From a bacterium (GTDB lineage Bacteria; B130-G9), in assembly GCA_035527515.1 (NCBI GenBank), contig DATLAJ010000146.1:65189-129188 (forward strand): 64,000 nucleotides of DNA, given 5' to 3'. The notes under the pieces were generated by a model. It saw only the letters and a program-made list of their open reading frames with translations, ran no database searches and had not been told where the DNA came from. The position numbers and the translations under genes were made by a program. Shown one piece after another: positions 30,849 through 40,888 of the stretch. Positions within the stretch are counted from its first letter, which is position 1. Every line of letters starts with the position of its first letter.

Positions 30849-30935
30849 TCGGGGCGATTCACGAATCGCCCTGGTCTAATTCGATCGGGCACCTTGGGGG
30901 CGGTTCGTGAACCGCCCCTACACGACGTCGATGTC
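30849..30935. repeat. Paired-hairpin REP-like element, family 2.
   Basis: GTGTCGGGGCGATTCACGAATCGCCC ... GGGGCGGTTCGTGAACCGCCCCTAC. The same architecture is at 34698-34775 and 47126-47194. Confidence 0.65.
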
Positions 30936-31162
30936 GTTTTATAGCCACATTGGGGACGTCAGGCCCGTCTGAGCACGCCACCCCTTGATCTTGACAACCT
31001 GTCTGATTTCCTGTATTATCCTCGTGCGGGAGAACAGTAAAACCTCTATCAGCCAACTTATTGGACAGCCTCTCTAGTAGGATGTTTTGGCCGGTTTGTC
31101 AAGAGATTAGATGCCATATAAGCCTCCACGCTGCAGCAAACCTCAACTTTCCAATCAGGCAC

Positions 31163-32533
31163 TCATCTCATTCGCCGTTGAGCCATCATCGCGACAACGT
31201 GGATGGCATCCCAACTGGAGCCGAACGGAGGCGAGTATGGCAGATCGAGCTGCATCAGGTCCTTCACTGACAGCCCTCCGTGGATGGCCGCTACGAACGC
31301 GTCCATTCTTGCCACGACGCCCTCCTGGCCGACCGCCTGAGCGCCGAGAAGCTTGCCGGTCTCCGGACAGAATACCACCTTCAACTTCAGGGGCCTTGCG
31401 TTGGGGTAATAGGTAGCGTGAGAATGGCCCATGAACGCCTGGCCTGCGGCCTGAAGGCCGCATTTTTTCGCCGCCTGAAGCGTAAGTCCGGTCGAGGCGA
31501 AAACCAGCCCGAACGCTCCCGAGATGCTGGTCCCGAGAATGCCCGCAAATCGTGAATCGCCGCCCGCGGCGTTCTCGCCAGCGACTTTCCCCTGCTTCTC
31601 CGCCACGGTGGCGAGCGGCATGTAGGTTTCTCCGCCCGTTACGATGCTCCTGGCCTGACAGCAATCACCGGCCGCGAGAACGTCCGGGGCAGATGTTCGT
31701 TGGTGCTCATCCACAACCACGGCGCCCAACTCGCCCGTGTCGATGCCCGCGGCCCTCGCGAGCTCGACGTTCGGCGAGACACCCAGCGAGAGAATGACAA
31801 CGCCGGCATCGATCGACTGCCCGCCCGCCAACACACCATTGACCCGGCCACCAGGGCCGCAGGTGATCTTCTCCAACGGAGAGCCGGTCAACACCTCCAC
31901 GCCGTTTTCCTCCAGATGCTGCTGAACTATCGCCGCGATGTCCGGGTCCAGGCTGACGAGAATGTTCTGGAGCATCTCGACCACCACCACCCGAACCCCG
32001 AGCCGAGCCAGCGCCTCGGCCATCTCAAGCCCGATGTAGCCCGCTCCGACGATGACCGCGCGACTTGGGGAACGCTCCTGAATGTATTCCTTGATCCTTG
32101 TCGCGTCCCCGATGTTTCTGAGCGTGAACACACCCTCCGCCCGGACTCCCTCAACTGGCGGCAGCTTGGGCGAGGCGCCTGTCGCCAAGACCAGCTTGTC
32201 ATATCCAAGCTCGTATTCGCTGCCAGCGTCGAGGTCCGCACAGACAAGCGATCTCCCCTCGGTATCAATGGAGATTGCCCTCTGCTTGAGGCGCAGGTCG
32301 ATCCCCATCTTGTCTCTAATGACTTTGGGCTCGGCGAACGTAAGCTTCTTGATGTCTTGGACCTCACCGCCGATGAAGTATGGCAGTCCGCACGGCGAGC
32401 TCGACGAGTATATCGACTGCTCAACGACAGTTACTCTCGCTCGCCGGTCTATTTTCCTGGCCGCAGCCGCAGCGCCAAGTCCGGCCGTTTGCGCTCCAAT
32501 CACGACAATTTTCTTACCGTCTGTCAACGTCAT
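31163..32533 (-). CDS. FAD-dependent pyridine nucleotide-disulfide oxidoreductase, CoA-disulfide reductase/NADH oxidase class (single active-site Cys).
   Basis: KIVVIGAQTAG FAD fold. SSSPCGLPYFIGG matches the Cys-containing loop of CoADR/Nox. Second Rossmann motif VIVGAGYIGLE. C-terminal dimerisation domain. Confidence 0.8.
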   Translation of the reverse strand: MTLTDGKKIVVIGAQTAGLGAAAAARKIDRRARVTVVEQSIYSSSSPCGLPYFIGGEVQDIKKLTFAEPKVIRDKMGIDLRLKQRAISIDTEGRSLVCADLDAGSEYELGYDKLVLATGASPKLPPVEGVRAEGVFTLRNIGDATRIKEYIQERSPSRAVIVGAGYIGLEMAEALARLGVRVVVVEMLQNILVSLDPDIAAIVQQHLEENGVEVLTGSPLEKITCGPGGRVNGVLAGGQSIDAGVVILSLGVSPNVELARAAGIDTGELGAVVVDEHQRTSAPDVLAAGDCCQARSIVTGGETYMPLATVAEKQGKVAGENAAGGDSRFAGILGTSISGAFGLVFASTGLTLQAAKKCGLQAAGQAFMGHSHATYYPNARPLKLKVVFCPETGKLLGAQAVGQEGVVARMDAFVAAIHGGLSVKDLMQLDLPYSPPFGSSWDAIHVVAMMAQRRMR

Positions 32534-32829
32534 TACCTCACTTAGTTAGGCCATCCTGTAGTCTGCCGATGGCCCAGATAAGCCCGTCTAAACGAAAAAT
32601 CTTGACTGAAGGGTCAAATCTGTAAACAATCCGCATGGTTGTCGCGGCGTTAGTAGTCTGCCTCGAGACGGATGTTTTGCCAATCCGTTTAATACAACAA
32701 TCGAATGCGGAGATATTTGGTTGATTTCGCCGATTTTCTAGCGATTTCTGGGCTTGAGTATGCCCGCGCGCTCCGAGAACTACAACGGCGCTATTGTCTT
32801 GGAGTGGAAGCCATGTTGGAGGTAATCTT

Positions 32830-33771
32830 ATGTTAGAAGGTTTTGACCCTAACAATACTGTCGTAGTTGTCGGCGCAGGGCCCGCCGGGATGTCAGCCGC
32901 GGTCTATGCCGAGAGATCGGGAGTGAACGTCTTGTTGCTCGAGAGGATAAGCCCCGGCGGTCAGATAATGACAACGCGCAGGATCGACAACTATCTCGGA
33001 TTCCCAGTCGGCACATCCACCTTCGCGCTCGTTGCGAAGTTCAAGGAGCACCTCGCCTCGTGTGGTGTCGAGGTTATTTCAGCAAACGCGGCCAAGATAG
33101 TGCCAGGGCAGCTCTTGACGGTGGAAACCGCGAGTGGACCTGCCTACCAGTGCAGGGCTGTGATCGTTGCTACGGGAGCGCGTCCCAGGCTTCTGGGGGT
33201 GCCGGGAGAGGGGAGGCTCTTTGGCAAAGGAGTCTCGACCTGTGCGGTCTGCGACGGCAATTTCTTTAGGAACCAAGACATCGCCGTGGTTGGGGGTGGC
33301 ACAACCGCCGTGGAGGATGTCATCTATCTTTCCCACATAGTCAGGAAAATCTATCACATCCACAGACGCGATCAGTTGAGGCTCGCCGGCGAGACATCCG
33401 ATGAGCTGTCCAAACTTGAGAATGTTGAGCGGGTCTTCAGCCACACGGTCGAGAAAATCGTGGGTGAGGACGAGGTCGAGGCGATACAGGTCAAAAGTCG
33501 CAAGGACGGCAGCGTCCGGGAGCTTGCGGTGAGCGCGGTGTTCGTCTCTATTGGAATAACGCCGAACACGGAGTTCGTTCAGGGCCTTTTGGAGATGGAC
33601 GATGCCGGATTCATTGTCGCCAAGAATGATATGTCCACCTCTGTCGAGGGCATCTTCGCTGCGGGCGACGTCAGGACCTCGCATCTCAGGCAGGTCTGCA
33701 CGGCGGTCGCGGACGGCGCCATCGCCGGAATCTCTGCCGCAAAGCTGATAACGGGCATAGCCCTCGCTTGA
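32830..33771 (+). CDS. trxB: Thioredoxin-disulfide reductase.
   Basis: VVVGAGPAGMSAA; redox-active CAVCDG; second NAD(P) motif IAVVGGGTTAVE; GDV near the C-terminus. Start chosen at MLEGFD, 8 nt after a GGAGG, rather than the track start at 32794. Confidence 0.85.
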   Translation: MLEGFDPNNTVVVVGAGPAGMSAAVYAERSGVNVLLLERISPGGQIMTTRRIDNYLGFPVGTSTFALVAKFKEHLASCGVEVISANAAKIVPGQLLTVETASGPAYQCRAVIVATGARPRLLGVPGEGRLFGKGVSTCAVCDGNFFRNQDIAVVGGGTTAVEDVIYLSHIVRKIYHIHRRDQLRLAGETSDELSKLENVERVFSHTVEKIVGEDEVEAIQVKSRKDGSVRELAVSAVFVSIGITPNTEFVQGLLEMDDAGFIVAKNDMSTSVEGIFAAGDVRTSHLRQVCTAVADGAIAGISAAKLITGIALA

Positions 33772-33772
33772 C

Positions 33773-34624
33773 GTGCGAATAACGGCCGCTATCCCTTGCT
33801 ACAACGCGGAGAGGTTCATCAGCAGCTGCCTCGAGTCGCTGATCGCACAGTCCCGACCGCCGGACGAGATCATCGTTGTTGACGATGGCTCGACCGACCG
33901 GACTGCCGAGATATTGTCATCACGCCGCGATGTGAAGGTCATCACGCTCAAACAGAACAGGGGCGTCGCACACGCCCGGAACGTTCTCACAAAAAACGCC
34001 TCGGGCGAAGTCATCGTGTTCATCGATGCGGACGCGGTCGCCGATCCCAACCTCATTCAAGAGCTTGAAGTCGCTTATGAGGCGGGCGTGGCGGGTGTGG
34101 GAGGGCGAGCGATTGAGCAGCGAGAGGAGTCTCTTGCGGACAGGTGGCGTAGGCTCCATGCCTCTCAGGGCTACGGGAGCGAACAAAAATCTAATGTCGC
34201 GTTTCTCTGGGGCGTGTGCAGCTCGTATTTCAGGAACGTCCTGGTCGAGGCGGCCGGATTCGACGAGCGCTTCCGGACCAACGGTGAGGACACCGAGATA
34301 GGCTTTCGCCTCGAATCGATGGGCAAGCGGCTGGACTACAACCCAAAGGCGATCGTGCACCATCAGCGAACTGACAGCATCCTAAGTCTCTGCAAGATGA
34401 TGTTCCGCTGGTATTACTGGGGCTACATCGCCATGCGCAAGGTCCGAGGCGCTGCGTTTCTCTTCTACATTAAGACAATCGTCAAAGTTCTCCTACGCAA
34501 CCTCCACGCCGACCTGATCCAGGAGAGGTCCCCGCGACTCGCGTTCGTGTCCGTTCTAATGTCCCGCGTCGAGCTACTAGCCACACTCAAGGCTGCGCTC
34601 ACGGCACGACGCGTGCTGAAATAA
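33773..34624 (+). CDS. Glycosyltransferase family 2 (paralog A).
   Basis: GTG start 2 nt after the trxB stop. AAIPCYNAERFI...IIVVDDGSTD...FIDADAV (DxD) GT-A motifs. About 45% identical by eye to the GT2 at 47230. Confidence 0.8.
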   Translation: MRITAAIPCYNAERFISSCLESLIAQSRPPDEIIVVDDGSTDRTAEILSSRRDVKVITLKQNRGVAHARNVLTKNASGEVIVFIDADAVADPNLIQELEVAYEAGVAGVGGRAIEQREESLADRWRRLHASQGYGSEQKSNVAFLWGVCSSYFRNVLVEAAGFDERFRTNGEDTEIGFRLESMGKRLDYNPKAIVHHQRTDSILSLCKMMFRWYYWGYIAMRKVRGAAFLFYIKTIVKVLLRNLHADLIQERSPRLAFVSVLMSRVELLATLKAALTARRVLK

Positions 34625-34697
34625 AAACCTCGATTTAAGAGGCCGTCCAATAAGTGCATCCGCATGCGAGAATCCCTGTGTTTGTGGATGGATGGCC

Positions 34698-34775
34698 CTA
34701 TATGTAGGGGCGGTTCACGAACCGCCCGACTTCAGCGCCACAACATATTGTGGGCGATTCGTGAATCGACCCTAC
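34698..34775. repeat. Paired-hairpin REP-like element, family 2.
   Basis: GTAGGGGCGGTTCACGAACCGCCC ... GGGCGATTCGTGAATCGACCCTAC. Confidence 0.65.
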
Positions 34776-34840
34776 AAAAAAACACGGCTGACCCCTTTAT
34801 CGGACAGCCTCCGTAATCCAAGGTCAGACCCCGGCCCATC

Positions 34841-34960
34841 AACCGTTTGAAAAATGTGCGGTTCCGTGTTACTCTCTTTTGGATTGGATTCTATGTATTC
34901 TTGCACTTCGATCACAGGGCACTGCGCAGATAACGCTAACCCCCAAAAAGGGAAGGAGCC
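34841..34960 (+). promoter_or_regulatory. Conserved leader/promoter block, paralogous to 3590-3712.
   Basis: See feature 3590-3712. Identity continues through the RBS and the first 4 codons (ATGAGAACAGC). Confidence 0.45.
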
Positions 34961-36853
34961 ATGAGAACAGCATTTGTATGTACCATTCTTGCGGCCTTTG
35001 CCTTGCTGCCTATGGCGGTTCTGGCTGAGCCAACGATCACGATCTACACGGATGCCGACACGTATCAGTCCGGCGACACAATTGAGGTTAGCCTGTCCGC
35101 CGAGAATCACGGCGAGGGAATGTCCGTTGACGTGTATGTCGGTTTGCTGACGCCTGATGGCGGCCTCTATACCCTTAGCCCGTATGGCCAGCACGGCTGG
35201 TCAGGGAGTGTTGAGGCTTGGATTCCTGGCATATACGTGCCCAGTCCATTCACTATGAGCCGGACGCCGTTGTTCTGGTTTGACCTTCCCTGCTACATGC
35301 CCCCAATCAGCGATGAGGGGGAATATAACTTCGCGGTGGTTCTCACGTGCGCCGGCACGATGCAGTGGATAAGCGACCTGAGTTTGGCCCCATTCACAGT
35401 TGGCGCCTCAGCTGCATCGCATTATTACGTTGACGGCGAGGCAGGTAACGATTCAAACGACGGCTCCGAAGGCTCGCCGTGGAAGACGATAACACATGCG
35501 CTCGCATCCGCGCTCAGCACCCCTGCCACCATCCACGTTGCCGCCGGCACATACTCATCCTCGACAAACGGAGAGACGTTTCCACTCGACATGAAGAGCT
35601 ATGTATCGCTTCAGGGCGAAGGCTCAGAGAGCACAATCCTCGACGCGCAGCAGGCCGCTTATCACGTTATCTACTGCTCCTACGTTAGTCACCTGAGCAT
35701 TGAGCAATTGACAATAGCCGGGGGCGAAGCCAAGGGGGCTGAGCACACAGATAAACGAGGCGGCGGCATTTACTGCTCGGACAGCTCGCCAACCATTTCA
35801 AACAACAGAATCACTGCCAACACCGCCATCTCCGGCGGCGGTATAGGCTGCTGGGGCGGTTGGCCCACGATCTCAGGCAACACGATCTCGGGCAATAGTG
35901 CGGACTCAAACGCCGGCGGGATATACTGCGACCACAGTTCGCCGATGATCTCGAACAACACGATCTCAAAGAACACTGCTGACTGGGCCGGCGGGATATA
36001 CTGCAGTGAGAGTTCTCCGACGATTGCGTGCAACGCGATCACGGCCAATACCGCCGGCGGGTTAGGCGGCGCGATACACTGCTGGGAGAGTTCGCCCACC
36101 ATCGAGAACAACACGATCTCGGGCAACAGGGCCCAACACGGGAGCGGGATATACTGCTGGCACGGTTGGCCCACGATCTCAGGCAACACGATCTCGGGCA
36201 ATAGTGCGGACTCAAACGCCGGCGGGATATACTGCGACCACAGTTCGCCGATGATCTCGAACAACACGATCACTCGTAACTCCTCGCTCGGCGTATACGG
36301 CTACAACGGCTACGGCGGTGGGATACTCTGCAACTACAGTTCGCCCACGATCGTAAACAACATCATCCAGGCCAACACCGCCATCTCTGGCGGCGGGATA
36401 TTCTACTGGAGCAGTACGCCAGCGATCGTAAACAATGCGATCTTAGACAACTCGGCCGGGCGCGGCGGCGGGATATCCTGCTGGGGCGGTTCGGCAACGA
36501 TCGTGAACAACATCATCAAAGCCAACGCCGCCGACCGGGGCGGTGGGATGTATTGCAGCGGTTCGCCGACAATCATCGACTGCATTATCTGGGGCAACGG
36601 CGACGACCTATCTAGCTGTTCAGGGACGTATTGCTGCATCGAGGACGACGATGCGGGTGAGGGCAACATCCACGATGACCCGATGTTCGTCGAAGGTCCA
36701 CTCGGCGAATACTATCTTGACCCCGATAGCCCGTGCATAGATGCGGGCAGTCGGCCGGCCGAGGATGCCGGGCTTTCTGATCGGACAACGCAGACGGACG
36801 GCACGCCGGATAGCGGGATGGTAGATATGGGCTATCACTACCCATTGCCCTGA
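34961..36853 (+). CDS. Secreted right-handed parallel β-helix repeat protein, paralog 2.
   Basis: Signal peptide MRTAFVCTILAAFALLPMAVLA. N-terminal domain PTITIYTDADTYQSGDTIEVSLSAENHG...VYVGLLTPDGGLYTL. More than 15 NNTISGN-type β-helix turns including an exact internal duplication. C-terminus DYYLDPDSPCIDAGS...DMGYHYPLP. Confidence 0.75.
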   Translation: MRTAFVCTILAAFALLPMAVLAEPTITIYTDADTYQSGDTIEVSLSAENHGEGMSVDVYVGLLTPDGGLYTLSPYGQHGWSGSVEAWIPGIYVPSPFTMSRTPLFWFDLPCYMPPISDEGEYNFAVVLTCAGTMQWISDLSLAPFTVGASAASHYYVDGEAGNDSNDGSEGSPWKTITHALASALSTPATIHVAAGTYSSSTNGETFPLDMKSYVSLQGEGSESTILDAQQAAYHVIYCSYVSHLSIEQLTIAGGEAKGAEHTDKRGGGIYCSDSSPTISNNRITANTAISGGGIGCWGGWPTISGNTISGNSADSNAGGIYCDHSSPMISNNTISKNTADWAGGIYCSESSPTIACNAITANTAGGLGGAIHCWESSPTIENNTISGNRAQHGSGIYCWHGWPTISGNTISGNSADSNAGGIYCDHSSPMISNNTITRNSSLGVYGYNGYGGGILCNYSSPTIVNNIIQANTAISGGGIFYWSSTPAIVNNAILDNSAGRGGGISCWGGSATIVNNIIKANAADRGGGMYCSGSPTIIDCIIWGNGDDLSSCSGTYCCIEDDDAGEGNIHDDPMFVEGPLGEYYLDPDSPCIDAGSRPAEDAGLSDRTTQTDGTPDSGMVDMGYHYPLP

Positions 36854-36995
36854 GGAGTTGGCGGTTGGCGGTTGACCTGAATGATGCGGGGATGCGCGCT
36901 CGGCGCCGATTGAGGAAACGACCATTGAAACTTCGGGGTCAAGTTGTTACAACCACACGGGAAGACAGTCCATCACGAGTCACCAAGGAGTAACC

Positions 36996-37502
36996 ATGAA
37001 AACTAGTAGTCGCGTGGGTTTCAGCTTAGTTGCGTGTTTGATCTTGCTCGCCCTGCTCTCGACCTGCTTGCTTGCGGCAGAGGGCAACCCAGCAAAAGCG
37101 GCACCGAACTTCACGCTAACGGACGTGAACACGGGCAAGCAGGTATCTCTCTCCGACTTCAAGGGCAAGGTTGTGGTGATAGACTTCTGGGCCACGTGGT
37201 GCATCCCTTGCCGCAAGGCGCTGAAGTTCTACGAGAAACTTTACCGTGAGAAGCGCGATGAGGGACTGGTCATCATCGCTGTTTCGATAGACCAACGAGA
37301 GAAGAAGCTCAGAAACTACGTCAGTAACCACCCAATTAGCTTCAATGTTCTTCACGATCCGGACAAGACTGTTATGAAGAAGTTCAAAGTGTTCAAGGTC
37401 CCGACGACATACATTGTCGATAGAGATGGAAAGATACAGAGCAAATACGTCGGCATCCTAGAGAAGGTTATCGAGGCGAGGGTGGAGGAGCTGCTCAAGT
37501 GA
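36996..37502 (+). CDS. TlpA/ResA-like periplasmic thiol-disulfide oxidoreductase (thioredoxin fold).
   Basis: Signal peptide plus WATWCIPC redox motif. AhpC/TSA-like layout. Confidence 0.8.
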   Translation: MKTSSRVGFSLVACLILLALLSTCLLAAEGNPAKAAPNFTLTDVNTGKQVSLSDFKGKVVVIDFWATWCIPCRKALKFYEKLYREKRDEGLVIIAVSIDQREKKLRNYVSNHPISFNVLHDPDKTVMKKFKVFKVPTTYIVDRDGKIQSKYVGILEKVIEARVEELLK

Positions 37503-37759
37503 GACGGACAGATGGAACGCTAAACTCTGGCTCGTTGGCGATTTTGGCGCTTCTTTTGCTGGCGCTAGGGCTTTGTCAGGGCTGTGCGACGGTCAAACCC
37601 TACGAGATGGAGTTTCTGACGGACCCGATCATGCTTTTTGACGAGATAAATCCGGATGTCCCCACTCTTGAGTTCCTCGTTCTTGGGGACATAGAGAAGG
37701 CATGGGTCACTGGGGCCGGTGCAAGCGGCGGCGGATGTGTAAGCTGCGCAGGCAGGTAA
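37499..37759 (+). CDS. Small lipoprotein, possibly DUF4266-like.
   Basis: 86 aa; lipobox LALGLC; CATVKPYEMEFLTDP and a C-terminal Gly/Cys tail GAGASGGGCVSCAG. 4-nt overlap with tlpA and directly upstream of a predicted OM β-barrel. The family assignment is from memory of the DUF4266/DUF3570 pairing and is unverified. Confidence 0.4.
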   Translation: MRRTDGTLNSGSLAILALLLLALGLCQGCATVKPYEMEFLTDPIMLFDEINPDVPTLEFLVLGDIEKAWVTGAGASGGGCVSCAGR

Positions 37760-37763
37760 AGGA

Positions 37764-38945
37764 GTGCTCATGATAACAAAATCTGGTGTTGGAAGGTCTG
37801 CGTTCGGCCTATGCACATCCTTGTCAGCAGGCATCGCCATACTGCTTCTGATAGCTGCGGACGGTTATTGTGCGCAGGACCAATTCTCCTACAGCTACTT
37901 CTGCTATCGCGACGAGAACGACACTATCAACGAGGCCTTTGCGCTCCGGCTTGACAAGCAGGTTCTGGAGAAGACCAAGCTGAAGTTCTCGTATCTGCAC
38001 TCGGACACGAGATACTGGAAGGTACCATTGTGGGAGCCGCCCACCAGGTATTACTCACACGGCGACCAGTATTCGTTCAACGTCGAGCAGAAGACGTTCA
38101 AAGACGGCAAGCTCACGCTCGGATACGTTTTTACCGACCGCGCCATGAGGCTGACGGACGCATATCTCATCCATGAAATGGAGGAGAAGGCCAAACAAGA
38201 CAGCGACCTCGGCCCGCTGCGCAAACCGAGGTCGAGCTCGTTCAACGTCACCTACTCGCAGCCTTTTTTCGACCAAAATACGACGGTCGAGGTTACCTAT
38301 TCCCACACCGACTCTGATCTCACGCCATACTGGGAATACGACATCAACACGCTGAGGTATCTCAGCGACAGGACAACCTCATATACCAACTCCGTTACGG
38401 CGACTGTAACGCAGATATTCACCCAATACACAACTTGCCAACTAACGGCGTCCTATGCGACGCAATCAGACCTTCCTGCAACGCAGTCCTATTCGGCGAG
38501 CTTACATCAGTATTTGCCGAGTAGAACGTCGGTCCAGCTTTATTACCGTTACTCGCTGGATGACGATGCCTTCTACACGAACACCGTGGAGGCAAAGGTC
38601 TATCAATACGTAATCGACGAGATAATCCTGATGGCGAGGTTCCGCTGGCATGTTGAGGACGATCCGAGCTTGGACGAGGAGCAGGAATGGACGCTTTGGC
38701 AGCAGCAGGAGTTCGGCGAGGACCTGAGCGTCAGCCTGTTTCCGTGCCTGACGACAACGGTCGGGGGAGGCGTCATAATCGACGTTCTGGGGCTTGCGGG
38801 CAATCCCACGTGGCTTGGTGGGGGCTATCTTGACAAGGTCAACCTTGACATCCGCTACAACCGCTTTAGATACACCAGCAGGTTCGAGCGGGACGAGCAT
38901 CTCGATGGGGACATGTATTCCGCGGGCCTAGGCTTCTTGTTCTGA
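37764..38945 (+). CDS. Predicted outer-membrane β-barrel protein, possibly DUF3570-like.
   Basis: Signal peptide; amphipathic alternating strands rich in Y/T/S; C-terminal GLGFLF with terminal Phe, which is the OMP sorting signature. Confidence 0.45.
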   Translation: MLMITKSGVGRSAFGLCTSLSAGIAILLLIAADGYCAQDQFSYSYFCYRDENDTINEAFALRLDKQVLEKTKLKFSYLHSDTRYWKVPLWEPPTRYYSHGDQYSFNVEQKTFKDGKLTLGYVFTDRAMRLTDAYLIHEMEEKAKQDSDLGPLRKPRSSSFNVTYSQPFFDQNTTVEVTYSHTDSDLTPYWEYDINTLRYLSDRTTSYTNSVTATVTQIFTQYTTCQLTASYATQSDLPATQSYSASLHQYLPSRTSVQLYYRYSLDDDAFYTNTVEAKVYQYVIDEIILMARFRWHVEDDPSLDEEQEWTLWQQQEFGEDLSVSLFPCLTTTVGGGVIIDVLGLAGNPTWLGGGYLDKVNLDIRYNRFRYTSRFERDEHLDGDMYSAGLGFLF

Positions 38946-38988
38946 AGCGTGGTGGGTGTTCTGAGCCTCGAGCCGCGCACGAACCGGC
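38946..38988. terminator. Possible bidirectional terminator hairpin between convergent genes.
   Basis: CTGAGCC-(18 nt containing GAGCCG..CGGCTC)-GGCTCAG. No clear U-tract. Confidence 0.2.
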
Positions 38989-40236
38989 TCAGGAGCCGTA
39001 TCTATACGTGAAGCCCATGAAGTCCAGAAGAGTCAGCAGGAACTGGTTCGCTGTGATCCGACACAGGCCGCCTCTCTGGCACGAACGCTCGGAGTAGCCG
39101 GCAACGTTGTCCGCCAACACATCAGGGCCGTAGATCGTTATGGGCACGGGGTCCGCCGTGTGGTCGCCAACCTCGCAAGGCGTGGAGTGGTCCGCGCCAA
39201 GCGCAACATAAACGTTCTCATCGATCTGGGACAGCACCAGACCTAACATCTCGTCGATCTTCTCGATGAAGTGCATCTTGTCCAGTGGCCTGTTGTCGTG
39301 CGACAGGATGTCAGTCCCCTTCACGTGCAGCACGACAAGGTCGTGGACCTTGAGCGCCTCGGTCGCGTATCTCGCCTTGTCTTCAAGTATCGTGTCAACA
39401 TTGGCAGTGAAACGAGGCGACGTGAAGATGTCAAAACCTGCCATCCTCGCCACTCCCAAGACCGTGCTCTCGCCCGCTATGCACGCCCCCTGAAGCCCAA
39501 ACCGCTCCGTGATGCTCCGCATTTTGAGCGCAGCGCCGGCGCCTCGCGTAAGGACTATATTCGCCGGCAGTTTGCCCTCCTCGATGCGGGCCTTGTTCGT
39601 TGGATGGTCCTTCAGTATCTCGTGTGACCGCTCGACGAACTTGTTCACCGCGTCCGCTGTTCGCTGCGCAAGCTTCAGCCCAGGCTCCGACGCCTCGCAC
39701 CTTCGGACCCTCTCGCCGACGTGTCCCGGGCCAGGGTCGGTGTCCGTAATCTCCGGAGAAAGCTTCTCGCCGCGCAGAACAAGGACTGCCCGATGCTCCG
39801 TCGCCTCTTTGAAGATAACCTCGATGTCGTCCGCAATCTTGAGGCCATTGAGCTCGCCGGCGAGCCGGCGCGTGCCTTCCCGAATGCGGCCAGCCCTTCT
39901 GTCCTTCACACGCATCTCGTCATCGACAGTCGCAAAGTTGCAGCGAAGTGCGATGTCCTGAGGCTCCATCTTAATGCTGATCCCCGCCGCCTCGATCGGG
40001 CCCCTGCCCCAGTAAGTCCTGAGCGGGTTATAGCCAAAAAGAGCCAGGTGCCCAACGTCAGTCCCAACCCGAATCCCTGGCGCCAGCGGGTCCATCAGAC
40101 CGTTAACAGCGTTACGGGCGAGGTTGTCCATGTTCGGCGTGTTGGCTGCCTCAAGAGGTGTCCTGCGGCCCAACTTGTAGATCGGACGGTCGCCCACACC
40201 ATCCTGAATAAGCAGCAATCCCTTCGATTTCCTCAC
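38989..40236 (-). CDS. apgM: 2,3-bisphosphoglycerate-independent phosphoglycerate mutase, archaeal type (alkaline phosphatase superfamily).
   Basis: LLIQDGVGDRP...NTPNMD N-terminus; C-terminal ALGADHSTPCEVGDHTADPVP metal-binding region typical of ApgM. Confidence 0.8.
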   Translation of the reverse strand: MRKSKGLLLIQDGVGDRPIYKLGRRTPLEAANTPNMDNLARNAVNGLMDPLAPGIRVGTDVGHLALFGYNPLRTYWGRGPIEAAGISIKMEPQDIALRCNFATVDDEMRVKDRRAGRIREGTRRLAGELNGLKIADDIEVIFKEATEHRAVLVLRGEKLSPEITDTDPGPGHVGERVRRCEASEPGLKLAQRTADAVNKFVERSHEILKDHPTNKARIEEGKLPANIVLTRGAGAALKMRSITERFGLQGACIAGESTVLGVARMAGFDIFTSPRFTANVDTILEDKARYATEALKVHDLVVLHVKGTDILSHDNRPLDKMHFIEKIDEMLGLVLSQIDENVYVALGADHSTPCEVGDHTADPVPITIYGPDVLADNVAGYSERSCQRGGLCRITANQFLLTLLDFMGFTYRYGS

Positions 40237-40497
40237 CGCAATCTCACTTCATCTTGTCTAGTGCCATCGATTTCCAACAGACCTAATCGAATCCTCGTCG
40301 CGATTCGTGAAGCCAAAATGCAAGCCCGACCCTCCTCAGCCTCATTCCTGATTCTTTGGGCCATACAACACAGTGTATATCGTCCTTACCGAGAGTAAAG
40401 TGAATAGCCTACACGGCCTTGATCCTTTGGAATCGGCTATAACTATGCGGCACCCACTGAGGGCGCTCCGATGTGAATCAGACCCCTACTTGATGAT

Positions 40498-40888
40498 TCA
40501 GTTGAGCCGGGTGCGTATCCGCAAAAGAGTCCACGCAATCGTGAGCACCAACCCTACGCCAAACAGACAGCCGCTCATCTTGTCCATCGAGGAACTAAGC
40601 GCAGTTCTCGTCTCCTCGATCTGCCGCTTTCTCAAACTTTCCGCGACTTTGCCCTCAAACAGGCCAGCGAAACCGTCCGTGATTGCATCTCCTATGGCAC
40701 CACCAACGATCGCCCCTTCGCACTCCCGCGAAGCTCGCCCCAACCAGTGCCGCAACTCCCAGAATCCCGGTGTCAATTGCTCCAAACACAATGTCTGCTC
40801 CAGCAGACCGCATCCCGCGCCCGCCGAGCTTCAGCGGAATCCACGGCACAAAGCCTAAGAGAACCGTCACCGGACCGATCAATCGCAC
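40498..40888 (-). pseudogene. Possible frameshifted small glycine-zipper membrane protein gene.
   Basis: Two overlapping minus-strand ORFs in different frames (40655..40888 and 40498..40791). Read consecutively they give ...FGAIDTGILGVAALVGASFAG / AIVGGAIGDAITDGFAGLFEG...GCLFGVGLVLTIAW, a continuous Gly-zipper plus TM protein. The frame switches near 40700-40720. Confidence 0.3.

Noticed and set aside
31700-32545. Track ORFs 31700..32545(+, 281 aa), 31927..32424(-), 31155..31664(-) and 32082..32549(+).
   Set aside because: Overlap the CoADR/Nox-like gene on other frames or strands. Arg-rich low-complexity translations.
35770-36273. Track ORFs 35770..36273(-, 167 aa), 36403..36669(-) and 4762..5058(-) with repetitive IPPP / IVLPEIVG patterns.
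   Set aside because: They are reverse-strand readings of the β-helix repeat-coding DNA. Their periodicity is inherited from the sense-strand repeats.
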